From NCBI GenBank assembly GCA_903995005.1, contig CAJEZV010000001.1, positions 11,309-75,308 on the forward strand: a DNA stretch of 64,000 nucleotides, written 5' to 3'. This stretch comes from an uncultured beta proteobacterium. Its GTDB lineage: Bacteria; Pseudomonadota; Gammaproteobacteria; Burkholderiales; Burkholderiaceae. Made by a program: the position numbers and the translations under genes. The notes beneath the pieces are model-generated. The model did not search any database. It was not told the origin of the DNA and saw only the letters and a list, made by a program, of their open reading frames with translations. Positions 11,452 through 22,386 of the stretch are shown one piece after another; positions within the stretch are counted from its first letter, which is position 1, and the number at the start of each line of letters is the position of its first letter.

Positions 11452-12920
11452 TGCAATGGGAAGTCGTTATTGGTCTTGAGACTCACGCACAGCTACAAAC
11501 TCAATCCAAAATATTTAGTGGTGCCAGTACACGCTTTGGTGCAGAACCCAACACTCAAGCATGTGCAGTGGATTTAGCTTTGCCCGGTGTATTGCCAGTA
11601 CTTAATCGCCAAGCAGTTGAGCGCGCGATTCGCTTTGGATTAGCAGTGGGAGCGAAGATTTCACCTGCAAGTATTTTTGCGCGTAAGAATTATTTCTATC
11701 CAGACCTCCCTAAGGGTTATCAAATTAGTCAAATGGAGATTCCAGTGGTTGTTGGCGGATCTCTAGAAATTCTAGTGGGCGAGGAAGTAAAAGTGGTCGA
11801 ATTAACTCGCGCCCATATGGAAGAGGATGCCGGTAAATCTGTTCATGAAGAGGGCTTTATTGGCCCTCATGGCGAATCCTCCAGTGGCATCGACTTAAAT
11901 CGTGCTGGTACTCCACTTTTAGAGATTGTTACAGAGCCGGTAATGCGTAGCGCTGCAGAGGCGGTGGCTTATGCAAGGGCCTTGCATACCCTTGTAGTGT
12001 GGCTGGGGGTGTGCGACGGTAATATGCAAGAAGGCTCTTTCCGTTGCGATGCCAACGTATCAGTTCGCCCTATGGGACAAAAAGAATTTGGTACGCGTTG
12101 CGAGATTAAGAACCTAAATTCTTTCCGCTTCTTGGAAGAGGCCATTCAATATGAAGTGCGTCGTCAAATTGAATTAATTGAAGATGGCGGCACTGTTGTT
12201 CAAGAGACTCGCCTCTATGACCCAGATCGCGGTGAAACACGCAGTATGCGTAGCAAAGAGGATGCGAACGACTATCGCTATTTCCCGGATCCTGATTTAT
12301 TACCAGTCGTGATTGATGATGCGTGGATTGCTGAAGTGCGCACTAGGATGCCGGCCCTTCCCGCACAATTGCGCCAGCAATGGCAAGCGGATTATGGCTT
12401 GAGTGCTTATGACGCGCAATTATTGACACAAGACCGCGATACTGCAAAAATATTCGAAGAGCTGCTAACCATAGTCGGAAAACCCCTGGCTAAAGCAGCT
12501 GCAAACTTGATTGCTGGTGAATTTGCTTCCTCTTTAAATCGTGCAGGCATTGCAACTGCTGATGCACCACTTAAGGCAGAACATTTGGCCCCATTACTCA
12601 CTCGCGTGGCAGACGGCACTATCTCCAACAAGATCTCTAAAGATATCTTTGCAATTTTGTGGGATGAGGCTATTGCCGGTAAGGCAATGAGTACTGTTGA
12701 TCAAGTCATTGACGCTAAAGGGCTCAAGCAAATTAGCGATAGCGGCGCTATTGAGGTAATCATTGATCAAGTCCTAGCGGCCAATCAGAAATCGGTTGAA
12801 GAGTTCCGCTCTGGTAAAGAAAAAGCATTTAATGCCCTTGTTGGTCAGATTATGAAAGCTTCTCAAGGCAAGGCGAATCCTGGCCAAGTAAATGAACTCC
12901 TGCGAAAAAAACTAAGTTAA
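11448..12920 (+). CDS. gatB: Asp/Glu-tRNA amidotransferase subunit B
   Basis: [32 protein letters not shown]. Confidence 0.98.
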   Translation: MMQWEVVIGLETHAQLQTQSKIFSGASTRFGAEPNTQACAVDLALPGVLPVLNRQAVERAIRFGLAVGAKISPASIFARKNYFYPDLPKGYQISQMEIPVVVGGSLEILVGEEVKVVELTRAHMEEDAGKSVHEEGFIGPHGESSSGIDLNRAGTPLLEIVTEPVMRSAAEAVAYARALHTLVVWLGVCDGNMQEGSFRCDANVSVRPMGQKEFGTRCEIKNLNSFRFLEEAIQYEVRRQIELIEDGGTVVQETRLYDPDRGETRSMRSKEDANDYRYFPDPDLLPVVIDDAWIAEVRTRMPALPAQLRQQWQADYGLSAYDAQLLTQDRDTAKIFEELLTIVGKPLAKAAANLIAGEFASSLNRAGIATADAPLKAEHLAPLLTRVADGTISNKISKDIFAILWDEAIAGKAMSTVDQVIDAKGLKQISDSGAIEVIIDQVLAANQKSVEEFRSGKEKAFNALVGQIMKASQGKANPGQVNELLRKKLS

Positions 12921-12931
12921 GAAAGAAATTC

Positions 12932-13606
12932 ATGAGTGCAATAGATCCAAAGCAGGCAGAACAAGAAGAGTTGGTTGCTGAGTGGCTGAGAGCAACCCCT
13001 GGCTTCTTCGATCGCTATGCTGATCTCTTTAATGAGATCCGCATCAAGCATCCACATGAAGATCGTGCGATCTCATTGCAAGAGCGTTGGATGACAGTAT
13101 TGCGCACTCAAAATCAAGAGCTCAATCGTCGCCTGAGCGAGATGCTGCACTTTGGTAGCCGTAATGATAAAACTCAACAAAGCTTGGTTGCTTGGTTGCT
13201 GCGCTTAATGAAAGCCAACAATAAAGCCGATGCTGAGGGAGCAATTACCTCTGGATTAGCTGAGGTATTTGAGGTTGAGTCTGCGCAATTATTGTCACCA
13301 AATTCTGCGTTTGGCCCATGGGTAGATACACCGCTCTGCGGGTCAGCTAAAGAATTAGCTGCTGCTAGCGTTGCTTTATTGGCGAGCCAAACTACTGTTG
13401 ATCCAGGCTGGCAAAGCATGGTTGCTATTGGTCTACCGCTAGGTAAGAGCATTGGTGCCATCCAATCACCAGCAGTGCTGCTCTTAGCGAGCAAGGATGA
13501 AACGCGTTTCACTGCAGATATGGGAGCGTTCTATTTGCGCCAGATTGCCGAACTAACTGCTGCAGCTCTGGATCGTATCCAGGCTTATGAAATTACAAGC
13601 GACTGA
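12932..13606 (+). CDS. DUF484 (YigA) family protein
   Basis: VAEWL..TPGFF..HPH...ISLQER, RF.ADMG..YL; immediately upstream of xerC. Confidence 0.88.
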   Translation: MSAIDPKQAEQEELVAEWLRATPGFFDRYADLFNEIRIKHPHEDRAISLQERWMTVLRTQNQELNRRLSEMLHFGSRNDKTQQSLVAWLLRLMKANNKADAEGAITSGLAEVFEVESAQLLSPNSAFGPWVDTPLCGSAKELAAASVALLASQTTVDPGWQSMVAIGLPLGKSIGAIQSPAVLLLASKDETRFTADMGAFYLRQIAELTAAALDRIQAYEITSD

Positions 13607-14588
13607 TCTTCATCCACTCATGCGGGAGTATTTGCATGAGTTGCACGTATTGCGCCAACTCTCGCCGCATACCCTAAAAGCGTATGGCATGGATCTGAGT
13701 GATCTCCAAAATTTTGCTCTTGAAGATTCGATTGATTTACTAAAAGTTAGCAACGGTCATGTGCGTCGTTGGGCTGGTCGTTTACATTCCAAAGGTAAGT
13801 CATCTAGAAGTATTGCCAGAGCACTTTCAGTATGGCGTGGTTGGTATGACTGGCTAACAGAAAAGGATGCCAGGCGAGATGCGCGTGCTGGTAAGGTAAC
13901 CAGTAATTTAGTGGCCAATCCAGTGGATGATGTGAAGGCTCCTAAGCGCTTAAAGTCGCTCCCTAAGGCCTTGTCAGTCGAGCAGGCACTTTCCTTGGTC
14001 AATCAAGCGGTCAAAGAGGCGGAAGAGAAAAAGGATTTGGAATCGATTCGGGATGCAGCCATTATTGATTTACTGTATTCCTCGGGCTTACGTCTTTCAG
14101 AGTTACTGGGTATTGATGTGATGCAAAGCAAGGATCGTCAAAATGAATCGGCTGGGTGGTTAGATTGGGGTGCTGCAGAAGTGACGGTCTTAGGTAAGGG
14201 TGGCAAGCGGCGTTCGGTGCCTGTTGGCAAACCCGCAATGCAGTCGTTGAATGTGTGGCGACAGATCCGAGATACCAGTAGCTTTGCTGAGCAATCCAAT
14301 GCGCTTTTTCTGTCGGCAACTGGAAAACGCTTATCACCCCGCACTGTCCAAGCCCGGCTTCGTACTTTAGCAATACGCGCTGGCTTGCCTACTCATGTGC
14401 ACCCTCACATGATGCGTCACAGCTTTGCTAGCCATGTTTTGCAATCCTCACAGGACTTGAGGGCGGTGCAAGAGATGTTGGGGCATGCCAGCATTGCCAG
14501 CACTCAGATTTATACCTCTTTAGATTTCCAGCACCTCGCTCAGGCATACGATAAAGCGCATCCGCGCGCAAAGGCTGGTAAAGACTGA
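13587..14588 (+). CDS. xerC: Tyrosine recombinase XerC
   Basis: SGLRLSEL, GKGGK, HPHMMRHSFASH, LGHASIASTQIY, YDKAHPRA; linked to DUF484. Confidence 0.93.
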   Translation: MKLQATDLHPLMREYLHELHVLRQLSPHTLKAYGMDLSDLQNFALEDSIDLLKVSNGHVRRWAGRLHSKGKSSRSIARALSVWRGWYDWLTEKDARRDARAGKVTSNLVANPVDDVKAPKRLKSLPKALSVEQALSLVNQAVKEAEEKKDLESIRDAAIIDLLYSSGLRLSELLGIDVMQSKDRQNESAGWLDWGAAEVTVLGKGGKRRSVPVGKPAMQSLNVWRQIRDTSSFAEQSNALFLSATGKRLSPRTVQARLRTLAIRAGLPTHVHPHMMRHSFASHVLQSSQDLRAVQEMLGHASIASTQIYTSLDFQHLAQAYDKAHPRAKAGKD

Positions 14589-14657
14589 GGAACTCGGTAA
14601 GATAGTGGGTTTCCCGCTTTGGGAACGCATTCGTTCTAGATTTTGATTGGATCATTC

Positions 14658-15683
14658 ATGGCATTAATTCCGGTAACCATTTTGACTGGCTTTTTAGGTA
14701 GCGGTAAAACGACTTTGCTCAAACATATTCTGACTGAAAATCATGGCAAAAAAATTGCTGTGATTGAAAACGAGTTTGGCGAAGAGAATATTGATAACGA
14801 CATCTTGGTTCAAGATCACGAAGAAAATATTGTGCAGATGAGCAATGGTTGTATTTGTTGCACCATTCGTGGCGATCTGGTTGAGGCTTTGAATGAGCTG
14901 TGGGAGCAGCGTAAAGATAAGAAGATCAGTTTTGATCGTGTGGTGATTGAAACAACCGGTGTAGCAAATCCTGGCCCAGTAGCTCAGACCTTCTTTATGG
15001 ATGACGACGTTGCTGACCATTACGTTTTAGATGCTGTCGTAACCCTGTTGGATGCCAAGCACGGCCCACATCAGCTAGATGAGCATGAGGAAGCGCAGCG
15101 TCAAGTTGGATTTGCTGACCAGATCTTTATTACCAAGACCGATCTGGTAACGCCAGCTGAAGTTGAGTCTTTACGTAAGCGCCTGATGCATATGAACCCA
15201 AGGGCTCCAATTACAGGAATCTCCAAGGGCGTGGTTCCTCTCGATGCAGTTTTGGATCTCAAGGGCTTTAATCTCAATGCGAAGTTAGATATCGATCCTC
15301 ATTTCTTAGAGCAGGAAGATCATGATCATGAACATTGTGATCATGATCACAGCCATGACCATGATCACCATGGTCATGCAGGGCACACAGATCGCATCCA
15401 GTCCTTCGTTTTTCGTAGTGATAAACCCTTTGATCACAAAAAATTGGAAGACTTTCTGGGTGGCATTCTGGAGGTCTTTGGCGAAAAGATGCTGCGCTAT
15501 AAAGGTGTGCTCTATGTGAAGGGAAGTAACCGAAAAGTGGTATTCCAGGGGGTTCATCAGATGATGGGTAGCGATATGGCTGGCCCATGGGGCACTGAAC
15601 CCAAGCAAACCCGGATGGTCTTCATAGGCATTGATTTGCCTAAGGACACCCTGCTGGCTGGGCTTGAGGGATGTTTGGTCTAG
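14658..15683 (+). CDS. COG0523/CobW-family G3E GTPase metallochaperone (YjiA-like)
   Basis: [24 protein letters not shown], His-rich insert, CobW_C domain; ATG at 14658. Confidence 0.93.
   Translation: MALIPVTILTGFLGSGKTTLLKHILTENHGKKIAVIENEFGEENIDNDILVQDHEENIVQMSNGCICCTIRGDLVEALNELWEQRKDKKISFDRVVIETTGVANPGPVAQTFFMDDDVADHYVLDAVVTLLDAKHGPHQLDEHEEAQRQVGFADQIFITKTDLVTPAEVESLRKRLMHMNPRAPITGISKGVVPLDAVLDLKGFNLNAKLDIDPHFLEQEDHDHEHCDHDHSHDHDHHGHAGHTDRIQSFVFRSDKPFDHKKLEDFLGGILEVFGEKMLRYKGVLYVKGSNRKVVFQGVHQMMGSDMAGPWGTEPKQTRMVFIGIDLPKDTLLAGLEGCLV
15318..15386 (+). repeat. Low-complexity GAYCAY repeat encoding His/Asp-rich metal-binding linker
   Basis: GATCATGATCATGAACATTGTGATCATGATCAC... encodes [23 protein letters not shown]. 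Confidence 0.7.
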
Positions 15684-15795
15684 GAAGATTCGGTTACAAT
15701 CCGCGGCCACGGTCAATATTGATAAATATTGATAAAAGAGCTGTAAAAGTTTGGCAGAATGAGGCAATAATGCTTCAAATCTAGGAAAGAATGAG

Positions 15796-16284
15796 ATGAC
15801 GGTGAAAACAGCAACAAAACCAGCGGCTACCACTAAAGCGAGTAGCAAAGCTGCAAGCCCTAAGACTGTAAAGGGCGCACCTTTAACTGAGGCGGAATTG
15901 CTCAAAATGTCCGATAAGGACTACATGAGTGCTGCGCAGTTAGATTTTTTCCGTCAAAAATTACTCACTCTTAAAGAAGATATCTTGAAGAATGCTTCTG
16001 AGACTACCGAGCATCTTCGCGAAAATATTTTGGTGCCAGATCCAGCCGATCGTGCAACGATTGAAGAAGAGCACGCATTGGAGTTGCGTACACGTGACCG
16101 TGAGCGTAAATTGCTTAAAAAGGTTGAGCAAGCCTTGGCTCGTATCGAGTCTGGCGACTATGGTTGGTGCGAAGAAACTGGTGAGCCAATCGGCTTGAAC
16201 CGTTTAATTGCAAGGCCTACAGCCAATTTATCTCTTGAGGCTCAAGAGCGTCGCGAACTCCGCCAAAAATTATTTGGCGAATAA
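15796..16284 (+). CDS. dksA: RNA polymerase-binding transcription factor DksA
   Basis: DPADRATIEEE coiled-coil tip, RTRDRERKL, DYGWCEETGEPIG. Confidence 0.96.
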   Translation: MTVKTATKPAATTKASSKAASPKTVKGAPLTEAELLKMSDKDYMSAAQLDFFRQKLLTLKEDILKNASETTEHLRENILVPDPADRATIEEEHALELRTRDRERKLLKKVEQALARIESGDYGWCEETGEPIGLNRLIARPTANLSLEAQERRELRQKLFGE

Positions 16285-16296
16285 ATTTTATTTGCG

Positions 16297-17199
16297 ATGA
16301 CCAAGCAATTACCTGCCCTTAGTGACATCTCGCCTTTGTTAAAGGCAGAGATTCTTGCTGAAGCTTTACCTTACATCCGCGCGTATCACGGTAAGACTAT
16401 CGTGATTAAGTACGGCGGGAACGCGATGGTTGAGGAGCGCCTCAAAGAAAGTTTTGCGCGCGACGTCATCTTACTAAAGTTGGTTGGCATGAATCCTGTT
16501 GTGGTTCACGGCGGAGGTCCGCAAATTGATGAGGCCCTGAAAAAAATCGGCAAGACCGGAACTTTTATTCAAGGTATGCGCGTTACTGATGAAGAAACCA
16601 TGGAAGTGGTGGAGTGGGTTCTAGGCGGTGAAGTGCAGCAAGATATTGTCATGCTGATTAACCACTTTGGCGGTCAGGCTGTCGGCTTGACTGGTAAAGA
16701 TGGCGGCTTAATTCATGCCAAGAAAATGATGATTCCTAGCGATACAGAGCCAGGCAAGAAAATAGATATCGGTTTTGTGGGTGAAATTGAGGCGATTAAT
16801 CCAGCTGTAGTGAAAGCGTTGCAAGATGATGCTTTCATTCCGGTGATCTCGCCGATCGGCTTTAGTGCCGAGGGTCAGGCCTATAACATCAATGCCGACT
16901 TAGTGGCTGGCAAGATGGCTGAAATCTTGCACGCAGAGAAATTGGTGATGATGACTAATATTCCTGGAGTCATGGATAAAAATGGCAAGTTATTAACGGA
17001 CTTAACAGCAAGAGAAATTGATGCTTTGTTTGCTGACGGTACGATCTCTGGTGGCATGTTGCCGAAGATTTCTTCTGCATTAGATGCTGCAAAAAGTGGT
17101 GTGAATTCAGTACACATCATTGATGGCCGTATTGAGCATTCCTTATTGCTAGAAATTCTGACCGAGCAAGCATTCGGTACAATGATTCGTTCGAGGTAA
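16297..17199 (+). CDS. argB: Acetylglutamate kinase
   Basis: [27 protein letters not shown]. Confidence 0.97.
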   Translation: MTKQLPALSDISPLLKAEILAEALPYIRAYHGKTIVIKYGGNAMVEERLKESFARDVILLKLVGMNPVVVHGGGPQIDEALKKIGKTGTFIQGMRVTDEETMEVVEWVLGGEVQQDIVMLINHFGGQAVGLTGKDGGLIHAKKMMIPSDTEPGKKIDIGFVGEIEAINPAVVKALQDDAFIPVISPIGFSAEGQAYNINADLVAGKMAEILHAEKLVMMTNIPGVMDKNGKLLTDLTAREIDALFADGTISGGMLPKISSALDAAKSGVNSVHIIDGRIEHSLLLEILTEQAFGTMIRSR

Positions 17200-17207
17200 G
17201 TAAAGAC

Positions 17208-17858
17208 ATGCGCGAATCTTTGCAGCCAGCAGATATTGATGACAGCAACGCTGAAGCTGGTAAGGCTCGTAAGCGCCCGCGTCCTGGCGAACGCCGTCTG
17301 CAGATTTTGCAAGTACTTGCAGAAATGTTACAAAATCCGAAGGGTGAGCGCGTAACAACAGCGGCCTTAGCTGCCAAAATTCAAGTTTCTGAAGCAGCCC
17401 TTTATCGTCATTTCGCTAGTAAAGCGCAGATGTTTGAGGGGCTTATTTCTTTTATTGAGCAAACTGTCTTTGGCTTGATTAATCAGATCAACCAAAAAGA
17501 AGAATCTGGTCTTGCTCAGGCCCGCGGAATTTTGCAAATGCTGTTGTTCTTTGCCGAGAAGAATCCTGGCATGACCCGAGTGCTATTGGGCGATGCCTTA
17601 TTACAAGAAGACGATCGTTTGCAAGAACGGATTACGCAGGTTCTAGATCGCGTTGAAGCTTCATTGAAGCAGGCACTCCGAATTGCTCAGACCCAAGGTG
17701 GCGCTTGGGCTCAGGTTGGTCAAGAAGAAGTCAGCATTCGAGCTGCCATGTTGATGAGTTTTGTTTTGGGTCGTTGGCATCGATTTGCCCGCAGCGGCTT
17801 TAAGAAATTGCCAACCGAAGCTTCTGATATTAGTTTGCGCATCCTCCTCTCAGAATGA
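17208..17858 (+). CDS. slmA: Nucleoid occlusion factor SlmA (TetR family)
   Basis: [45 protein letters not shown]. Confidence 0.93.
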   Translation: MRESLQPADIDDSNAEAGKARKRPRPGERRLQILQVLAEMLQNPKGERVTTAALAAKIQVSEAALYRHFASKAQMFEGLISFIEQTVFGLINQINQKEESGLAQARGILQMLLFFAEKNPGMTRVLLGDALLQEDDRLQERITQVLDRVEASLKQALRIAQTQGGAWAQVGQEEVSIRAAMLMSFVLGRWHRFARSGFKKLPTEASDISLRILLSE

Positions 17859-18994
17859 GCGAGCTACACCTCTCTAGAAATACTATCCACTTTGCCGAGC
17901 CCCTGCCTTTGCAGAGTGGCGCCATATTATCTGGCTACGATTTAGTGATTGAAACTTACGGCAAACTTAATGCTGATAAAAGTAATGCGGTATTAATTTG
18001 CCATGCACTGAATGCTTCTCATCACGTCGCAGGCCCTAGTCCCGATAATCCAGAGGATATCGGCTGGTGGGACAACATGATTGGCCCCGGAAAGCCTGTA
18101 GATACAAACCATTTTTTTGTGATCGGTGTAAATAATTTGGGTTCTTGCTTTGGCTCTACTGGACCAATGAGCATTAACCCAGAAACCGGTAAGCCTTATG
18201 GCGCTGACTTTCCAGTAGTTACGGTTGAAGATTGGGTGAACACCCAGGCACGTCTTGCTGATAAGTTGGGCATTCGGAAATTTGCTGCAGTTATGGGCGG
18301 CAGTCTGGGCGGCATGCAGGCAATGGCTTGGGCAATCCAGTTTCCTAAGCGCATAGATCACTGTGTGGTAGTTGCTTCTACTCCAAAACTGAGCGCACAA
18401 AATATTGCGTTTAATGAAGTGGCGCGCAATGCGATTTTGTCGGACCCCGATTTTCATGGCGGCAATTACTACGAGCATGGCGTAGTACCAAAACGTGGCT
18501 TGCGTTTAGCTCGCATGGTGGGTCACATCACCTATTTGTCTGATGATGATATGGCTGAAAAATTTGGGCGCGAATTACAACGCCCCAATGGCGAATCAAA
18601 TGACTACCGCTTTAGCTTTGATGTGGAATTCGAAGTTGAAAGTTACTTGCGTCATCAGGGTGATAAGTTCTCAACTTACTTTGATGCTAATACTTATTTG
18701 CTGATTACTCGTGCCTTAGACTACTTTGACCCGTCACGCCGCTATGACGGTAGTCTCAATCATGCTTTAGCAGATGTGCAGGCTAAGTTCTTAGTAGTGA
18801 GCTTCTCAACGGATTGGCGATTCCCGCCGAATCGTAGCCGTGAGATCGTCCAGTCTTTATTGAGCAATAAGAGTGAAGTGACTTATGCGGAGATCGATGC
18901 TCCTCATGGGCATGATGCATTCCTATTGGATGATGAGCGTTATCACAATCTAGTAAGAGCTTATTTTGCGCAAATGTTGGAGGCTCAGTCATGA
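17855..18994 (+). CDS. metX: Homoserine O-acyltransferase MetX
   Basis: CHAL, GWWD, GGSLGGM nucleophile elbow, GHDAFL; followed by metW. Confidence 0.95.
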   Translation: MSELHLSRNTIHFAEPLPLQSGAILSGYDLVIETYGKLNADKSNAVLICHALNASHHVAGPSPDNPEDIGWWDNMIGPGKPVDTNHFFVIGVNNLGSCFGSTGPMSINPETGKPYGADFPVVTVEDWVNTQARLADKLGIRKFAAVMGGSLGGMQAMAWAIQFPKRIDHCVVVASTPKLSAQNIAFNEVARNAILSDPDFHGGNYYEHGVVPKRGLRLARMVGHITYLSDDDMAEKFGRELQRPNGESNDYRFSFDVEFEVESYLRHQGDKFSTYFDANTYLLITRALDYFDPSRRYDGSLNHALADVQAKFLVVSFSTDWRFPPNRSREIVQSLLSNKSEVTYAEIDAPHGHDAFLLDDERYHNLVRAYFAQMLEAQS

Positions 18995-19584
18995 GTAACA
19001 TCAATAAGCGCGCAGACTTTGCAGCGATTGCTAAATGGATTGCCCCAAATAGTCAGGTACTCGACCTGGGTTGTGGCGATGGCAGTTTCTTGGAGTTCTT
19101 GCAGAAACAAAAACCTGTTCATTGCTATGGCGTAGAGATCGATGATGCACGTGTTCTCTCTTGCGTACAAAAAAGTCTGAATGTAATTCAGCAGGACTTA
19201 GAGGGCGGCTTAGCGCTTTTTGAAGACAATAGTTTTGATACCGTAGTGCTCTCACAAACCTTGCAAACTATTCATCAGACTGAAAAGATCTTGCGTGAAG
19301 TGGTTCGTGTTGGTAAAGAATCTATCGTATCCTTCCCGAACTTTGGCCACTGGTCACATCGTTTGGCAGTAGGGCTTGGTCGTATGCCGGTATCCAAGAG
19401 CTTGCCTTATCAGTGGTACAACACACCCAATGTGCGCGTACTCACTGTGGACGATTTTGAGAAGTTGGCTTCCAGCCTTGGCCTCAAGGTGATTGATCAA
19501 TGCATCTTGCATGATGGTCAACAAGTGACCTTGATGCCTAATTTCTTTGGTAGCTTGGCGCTGTTCCGCGTCCGTAGCGCCTAG
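18991..19584 (+). CDS. metW: Methionine biosynthesis protein MetW
   Basis: [29 protein letters not shown]. Confidence 0.95.
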   Translation: MSNINKRADFAAIAKWIAPNSQVLDLGCGDGSFLEFLQKQKPVHCYGVEIDDARVLSCVQKSLNVIQQDLEGGLALFEDNSFDTVVLSQTLQTIHQTEKILREVVRVGKESIVSFPNFGHWSHRLAVGLGRMPVSKSLPYQWYNTPNVRVLTVDDFEKLASSLGLKVIDQCILHDGQQVTLMPNFFGSLALFRVRSA

Positions 19585-19588
19585 AACT

Positions 19589-20908
19589 GTGCTGAAAGCA
19601 GCGCAGTCTTGGCTTGCTGATTTTCGGGTTTATCTCGAATGGCCCTGCCTTCGAATGTTATTTCTTGGGTTTTCTGCTGGCCTACCTCTTCTATTAATAC
19701 TTGGAACACTCAGCTTTTGGTTGCGTGAGGCAGGCATTGATCGCAGTACTATTGGCTACTTAACTTGGGTTGGACTCATCTATGCATTCAAGTGGATGTG
19801 GGCTCCGCTTGTTGATCGCTTGCAAATTCCTCTGCTAACGAAATTATTTGGTCGGCGTCGTAGTTGGTTGCTATTTGCGCAAGTACTCATTATTTTCGGT
19901 CTCTTAGGAATGTCTACGCTCGATCCTAAGCTGGCCCTGAACTCAGTTGTTTGGTGCGCCTTATTAGTGGCATTCGGATCGGCTACCCAAGATATTGCAT
20001 TAGATGCATTCCGAATTGAATCAGCCAATAGCGATCATCAAGCAGCCTTAGCGGCTACGTATCAAACGGGTTACCGATTGGCTTTGATCTGGTCAGGCGC
20101 GGGCGTCTTGTGGCTGGCCGCTAGGGCTGAGACAGGCAGCGGCTATGATGCTGGCGCCTGGCAGTTTGCTTATTTGTGTATGGCTGCATCTATTGGGGTT
20201 GGAGTAATTACGACTCTATTAAGTAAAGAGCCAGTACAAATTCAATTGGCAAAAGCACGTAATGTCAAGGCATGGCTCCATCAAACCTTGATTGAGCCAT
20301 TTGCTGAGTTTCTCACTCGCTATCGCTGGCATGCAGTATTGATTTTGTCTTTAATTGCTATCTATCGTATTAGCGATGTGGTGATGGGCATTATGGCCAA
20401 CCCCTTTTATGTCGACATGGGTTACACCAAGGATGAAGTGGCAGCGGTGAGCAAAGTGTTTGGTGTTGTCATGACTTTGGTGGGCGCTTTTGTGGGCGGC
20501 GTCCTCACCTTACGATTTGGTGTCTTGCGTATTTTGTTTGTGGGCGCAGTGTTATCTGCGGTTAGTAATTTATTATTTGCTTGGTTGGCAACACAAGGTC
20601 ATGATTTACATGGCTTGATTTGGGTAATTTCTGCTGACAATTTAAGCTCAGGTATTGCCAGTGCGGCATTCATCGCCTTCTTATCTGCCCTAACGAACAT
20701 CCGTTATTCAGCAACGCAATACGCCTTGTTTAGTTCGATGATGTTGCTCTTGCCAAAATGGTTAGCGGGCTTCTCAGGAGTCTTCGTAGATACCTTCGGT
20801 TATCAAACATTTTTCTTCGGAACAGCGATTATTGGCGCCCCAGTTCTACTGTTGATTTGGGCAACCATTCATTTCAAAATTGTTCAGATCAAAAAAGAAG
20901 ACGAGTAA
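19589..20908 (+). CDS. ampG: AmpG family muropeptide MFS transporter
   Basis: LGFSAGLP, KWMWAPLVD, GRRRSW, SATQDIALDA, SATQYAL; GTG at 19589 is the likely start. Confidence 0.92.
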   Translation: MLKAAQSWLADFRVYLEWPCLRMLFLGFSAGLPLLLILGTLSFWLREAGIDRSTIGYLTWVGLIYAFKWMWAPLVDRLQIPLLTKLFGRRRSWLLFAQVLIIFGLLGMSTLDPKLALNSVVWCALLVAFGSATQDIALDAFRIESANSDHQAALAATYQTGYRLALIWSGAGVLWLAARAETGSGYDAGAWQFAYLCMAASIGVGVITTLLSKEPVQIQLAKARNVKAWLHQTLIEPFAEFLTRYRWHAVLILSLIAIYRISDVVMGIMANPFYVDMGYTKDEVAAVSKVFGVVMTLVGAFVGGVLTLRFGVLRILFVGAVLSAVSNLLFAWLATQGHDLHGLIWVISADNLSSGIASAAFIAFLSALTNIRYSATQYALFSSMMLLLPKWLAGFSGVFVDTFGYQTFFFGTAIIGAPVLLLIWATIHFKIVQIKKEDE

Positions 20909-20926
20909 TTTCGCCGCCTACATTGT

Positions 20927-21709
20927 TTAAAGCTTCCAGTCATAGTCCACAGTAAGTGGCGCATGATCTGAAAAGCGTTCATCTTTATACACGGCAGTTT
21001 TCTTTGCTGTTGTAGCTATGCCAGGTGTGCTGATGTGATAGTCAATTCGCCATCCAACATTCTTGGCATAGGCTTGACCACGATTGCTCCACCAGGTGTA
21101 GCAAGACTCCCCTGCTTCCGGCTCTAATTTGCGATACACATCTACGTAGCCAACTTGATCGAATAAGTTGGTAAGCCATGCTCGCTCTTCTGGCAAGAAG
21201 CCTGAGTTTTTGAGATTCCCCTTCCAGTTCTTAAGATCGATTTCATGATGGGCAATATTGACATCACCACAGAGCACAATTTCTTGACCAGATTTTTTAA
21301 GCTTGATGAGGTGGGGCAAGAAGCTATCAAGATAGCGATATTTAGCCTCTTGTCGCTCGGGTGAGCTTGAGCCTGATGGCATATAAACCGAAATTACCGA
21401 GAGCCCCTTAAAGCGAGCTTCCACATAGCGCCCCTCAGCATCAAACTCTGCATTGCCATAGCCGTATAAGACTTCATCTGGTTTGTGGGGCGTATAGATG
21501 CCACAACCGCTATAGCCTTTTTTCTCGGCATGGTGAAAATAGCCATGCATTCCGTCTGGATTCAGAATGGCGTCTTCTAGGTCATCGCGTTGGGCCTTCA
21601 GCTCTTGCATGCAGATGAAGTCTGCTTTTTGCTTAATGGCCCAGGGTAGAAAGCCTTTTTTGACTGCTGAACGGATACCGTTGAGGTTCGCTGAAATGAT
21701 GCGTAACAT
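20927..21709 (-). CDS. xth: Exodeoxyribonuclease III / AP endonuclease
   Basis: [29 protein letters not shown]. Confidence 0.95.
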   Translation of the reverse strand: MLRIISANLNGIRSAVKKGFLPWAIKQKADFICMQELKAQRDDLEDAILNPDGMHGYFHHAEKKGYSGCGIYTPHKPDEVLYGYGNAEFDAEGRYVEARFKGLSVISVYMPSGSSSPERQEAKYRYLDSFLPHLIKLKKSGQEIVLCGDVNIAHHEIDLKNWKGNLKNSGFLPEERAWLTNLFDQVGYVDVYRKLEPEAGESCYTWWSNRGQAYAKNVGWRIDYHISTPGIATTAKKTAVYKDERFSDHAPLTVDYDWKL

Positions 21710-21717
21710 GTAGGCCT

Positions 21718-22386
21718 ATGAGCTCAAATAATTCAAATCAAGATAACTTTATTCGTTTTGCCTTGGAGGCAAAGGTTTTGTCCTTTGGGGAGTTTAAAAC
21801 TAAAGCGGGGCGACTCTCTCCTTATTTTTTTAATGCGGGTGGATTTAATGATGGCACACGTTTAAGTGCGCTAGGTCGTTATTACGCCAAGGCCTTGCAG
21901 GAATCAAATATTCAGTTCGACATGCTCTATGGCCCTGCCTATAAAGGAATCACGCTAGCGGCAGCTACAGCCATCGCATTAGCTGACAACGGTATTAATG
22001 TTCCTTATGCTTACAACCGTAAGGAGGCCAAGGATCACGGTGAGGGTGGTTCATTGGTGGGCGCTCCTGTTAAAGGTAAAGTAGTGATTATTGATGATGT
22101 GATTTCTGCCGGCACTTCGGTGCGAGAATCGGTTGATCTGATTCGTGGTGCAGGCGCTGAGCCAGCTGCAGTATTGATTGCCTTAGATCGGATGGAGCGC
22201 TCTGGCAACGCAGTGGAGATTGGTGAGAAGTCTGCAGTGCAGGCAGTTGAACAAGAGTTTGGTTTGCCAGTCATTGCGATTGCAAATCTAGCCGACTTAA
22301 TGTCTTTCTTAACTTCTTCTAGCGATGCGCAGTTAACAAACTATCTGCCTGCGGTAAAGGCTTACCGCGAGAAATACGGCATTTAA
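21718..22386 (+). CDS. pyrE: Orotate phosphoribosyltransferase
   Basis: [39 protein letters not shown]. Confidence 0.97.
   Translation: MSSNNSNQDNFIRFALEAKVLSFGEFKTKAGRLSPYFFNAGGFNDGTRLSALGRYYAKALQESNIQFDMLYGPAYKGITLAAATAIALADNGINVPYAYNRKEAKDHGEGGSLVGAPVKGKVVIIDDVISAGTSVRESVDLIRGAGAEPAAVLIALDRMERSGNAVEIGEKSAVQAVEQEFGLPVIAIANLADLMSFLTSSSDAQLTNYLPAVKAYREKYGI

Noticed and set aside
13587-14588. Tyrosine recombinase as a phage or island integrase
   Set aside because: The XerC-type C-terminus (YDKAHPRA), linkage to DUF484, and absence of att repeats, tRNA or cargo genes indicate housekeeping XerC.
14589-14657. Zur box upstream of COG0523-dksA
   Set aside because: No match to the TGTTAT-N-ATAACA-type palindrome; only short weak inverted repeats.
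15306-15905. 199-aa antisense ORF, and other shadow ORFs such as 17993-18478, 16881-17312 and 27484-27870
   Set aside because: They lie opposite well-conserved genes and have no motifs or RBS; explained as codon-bias shadows.
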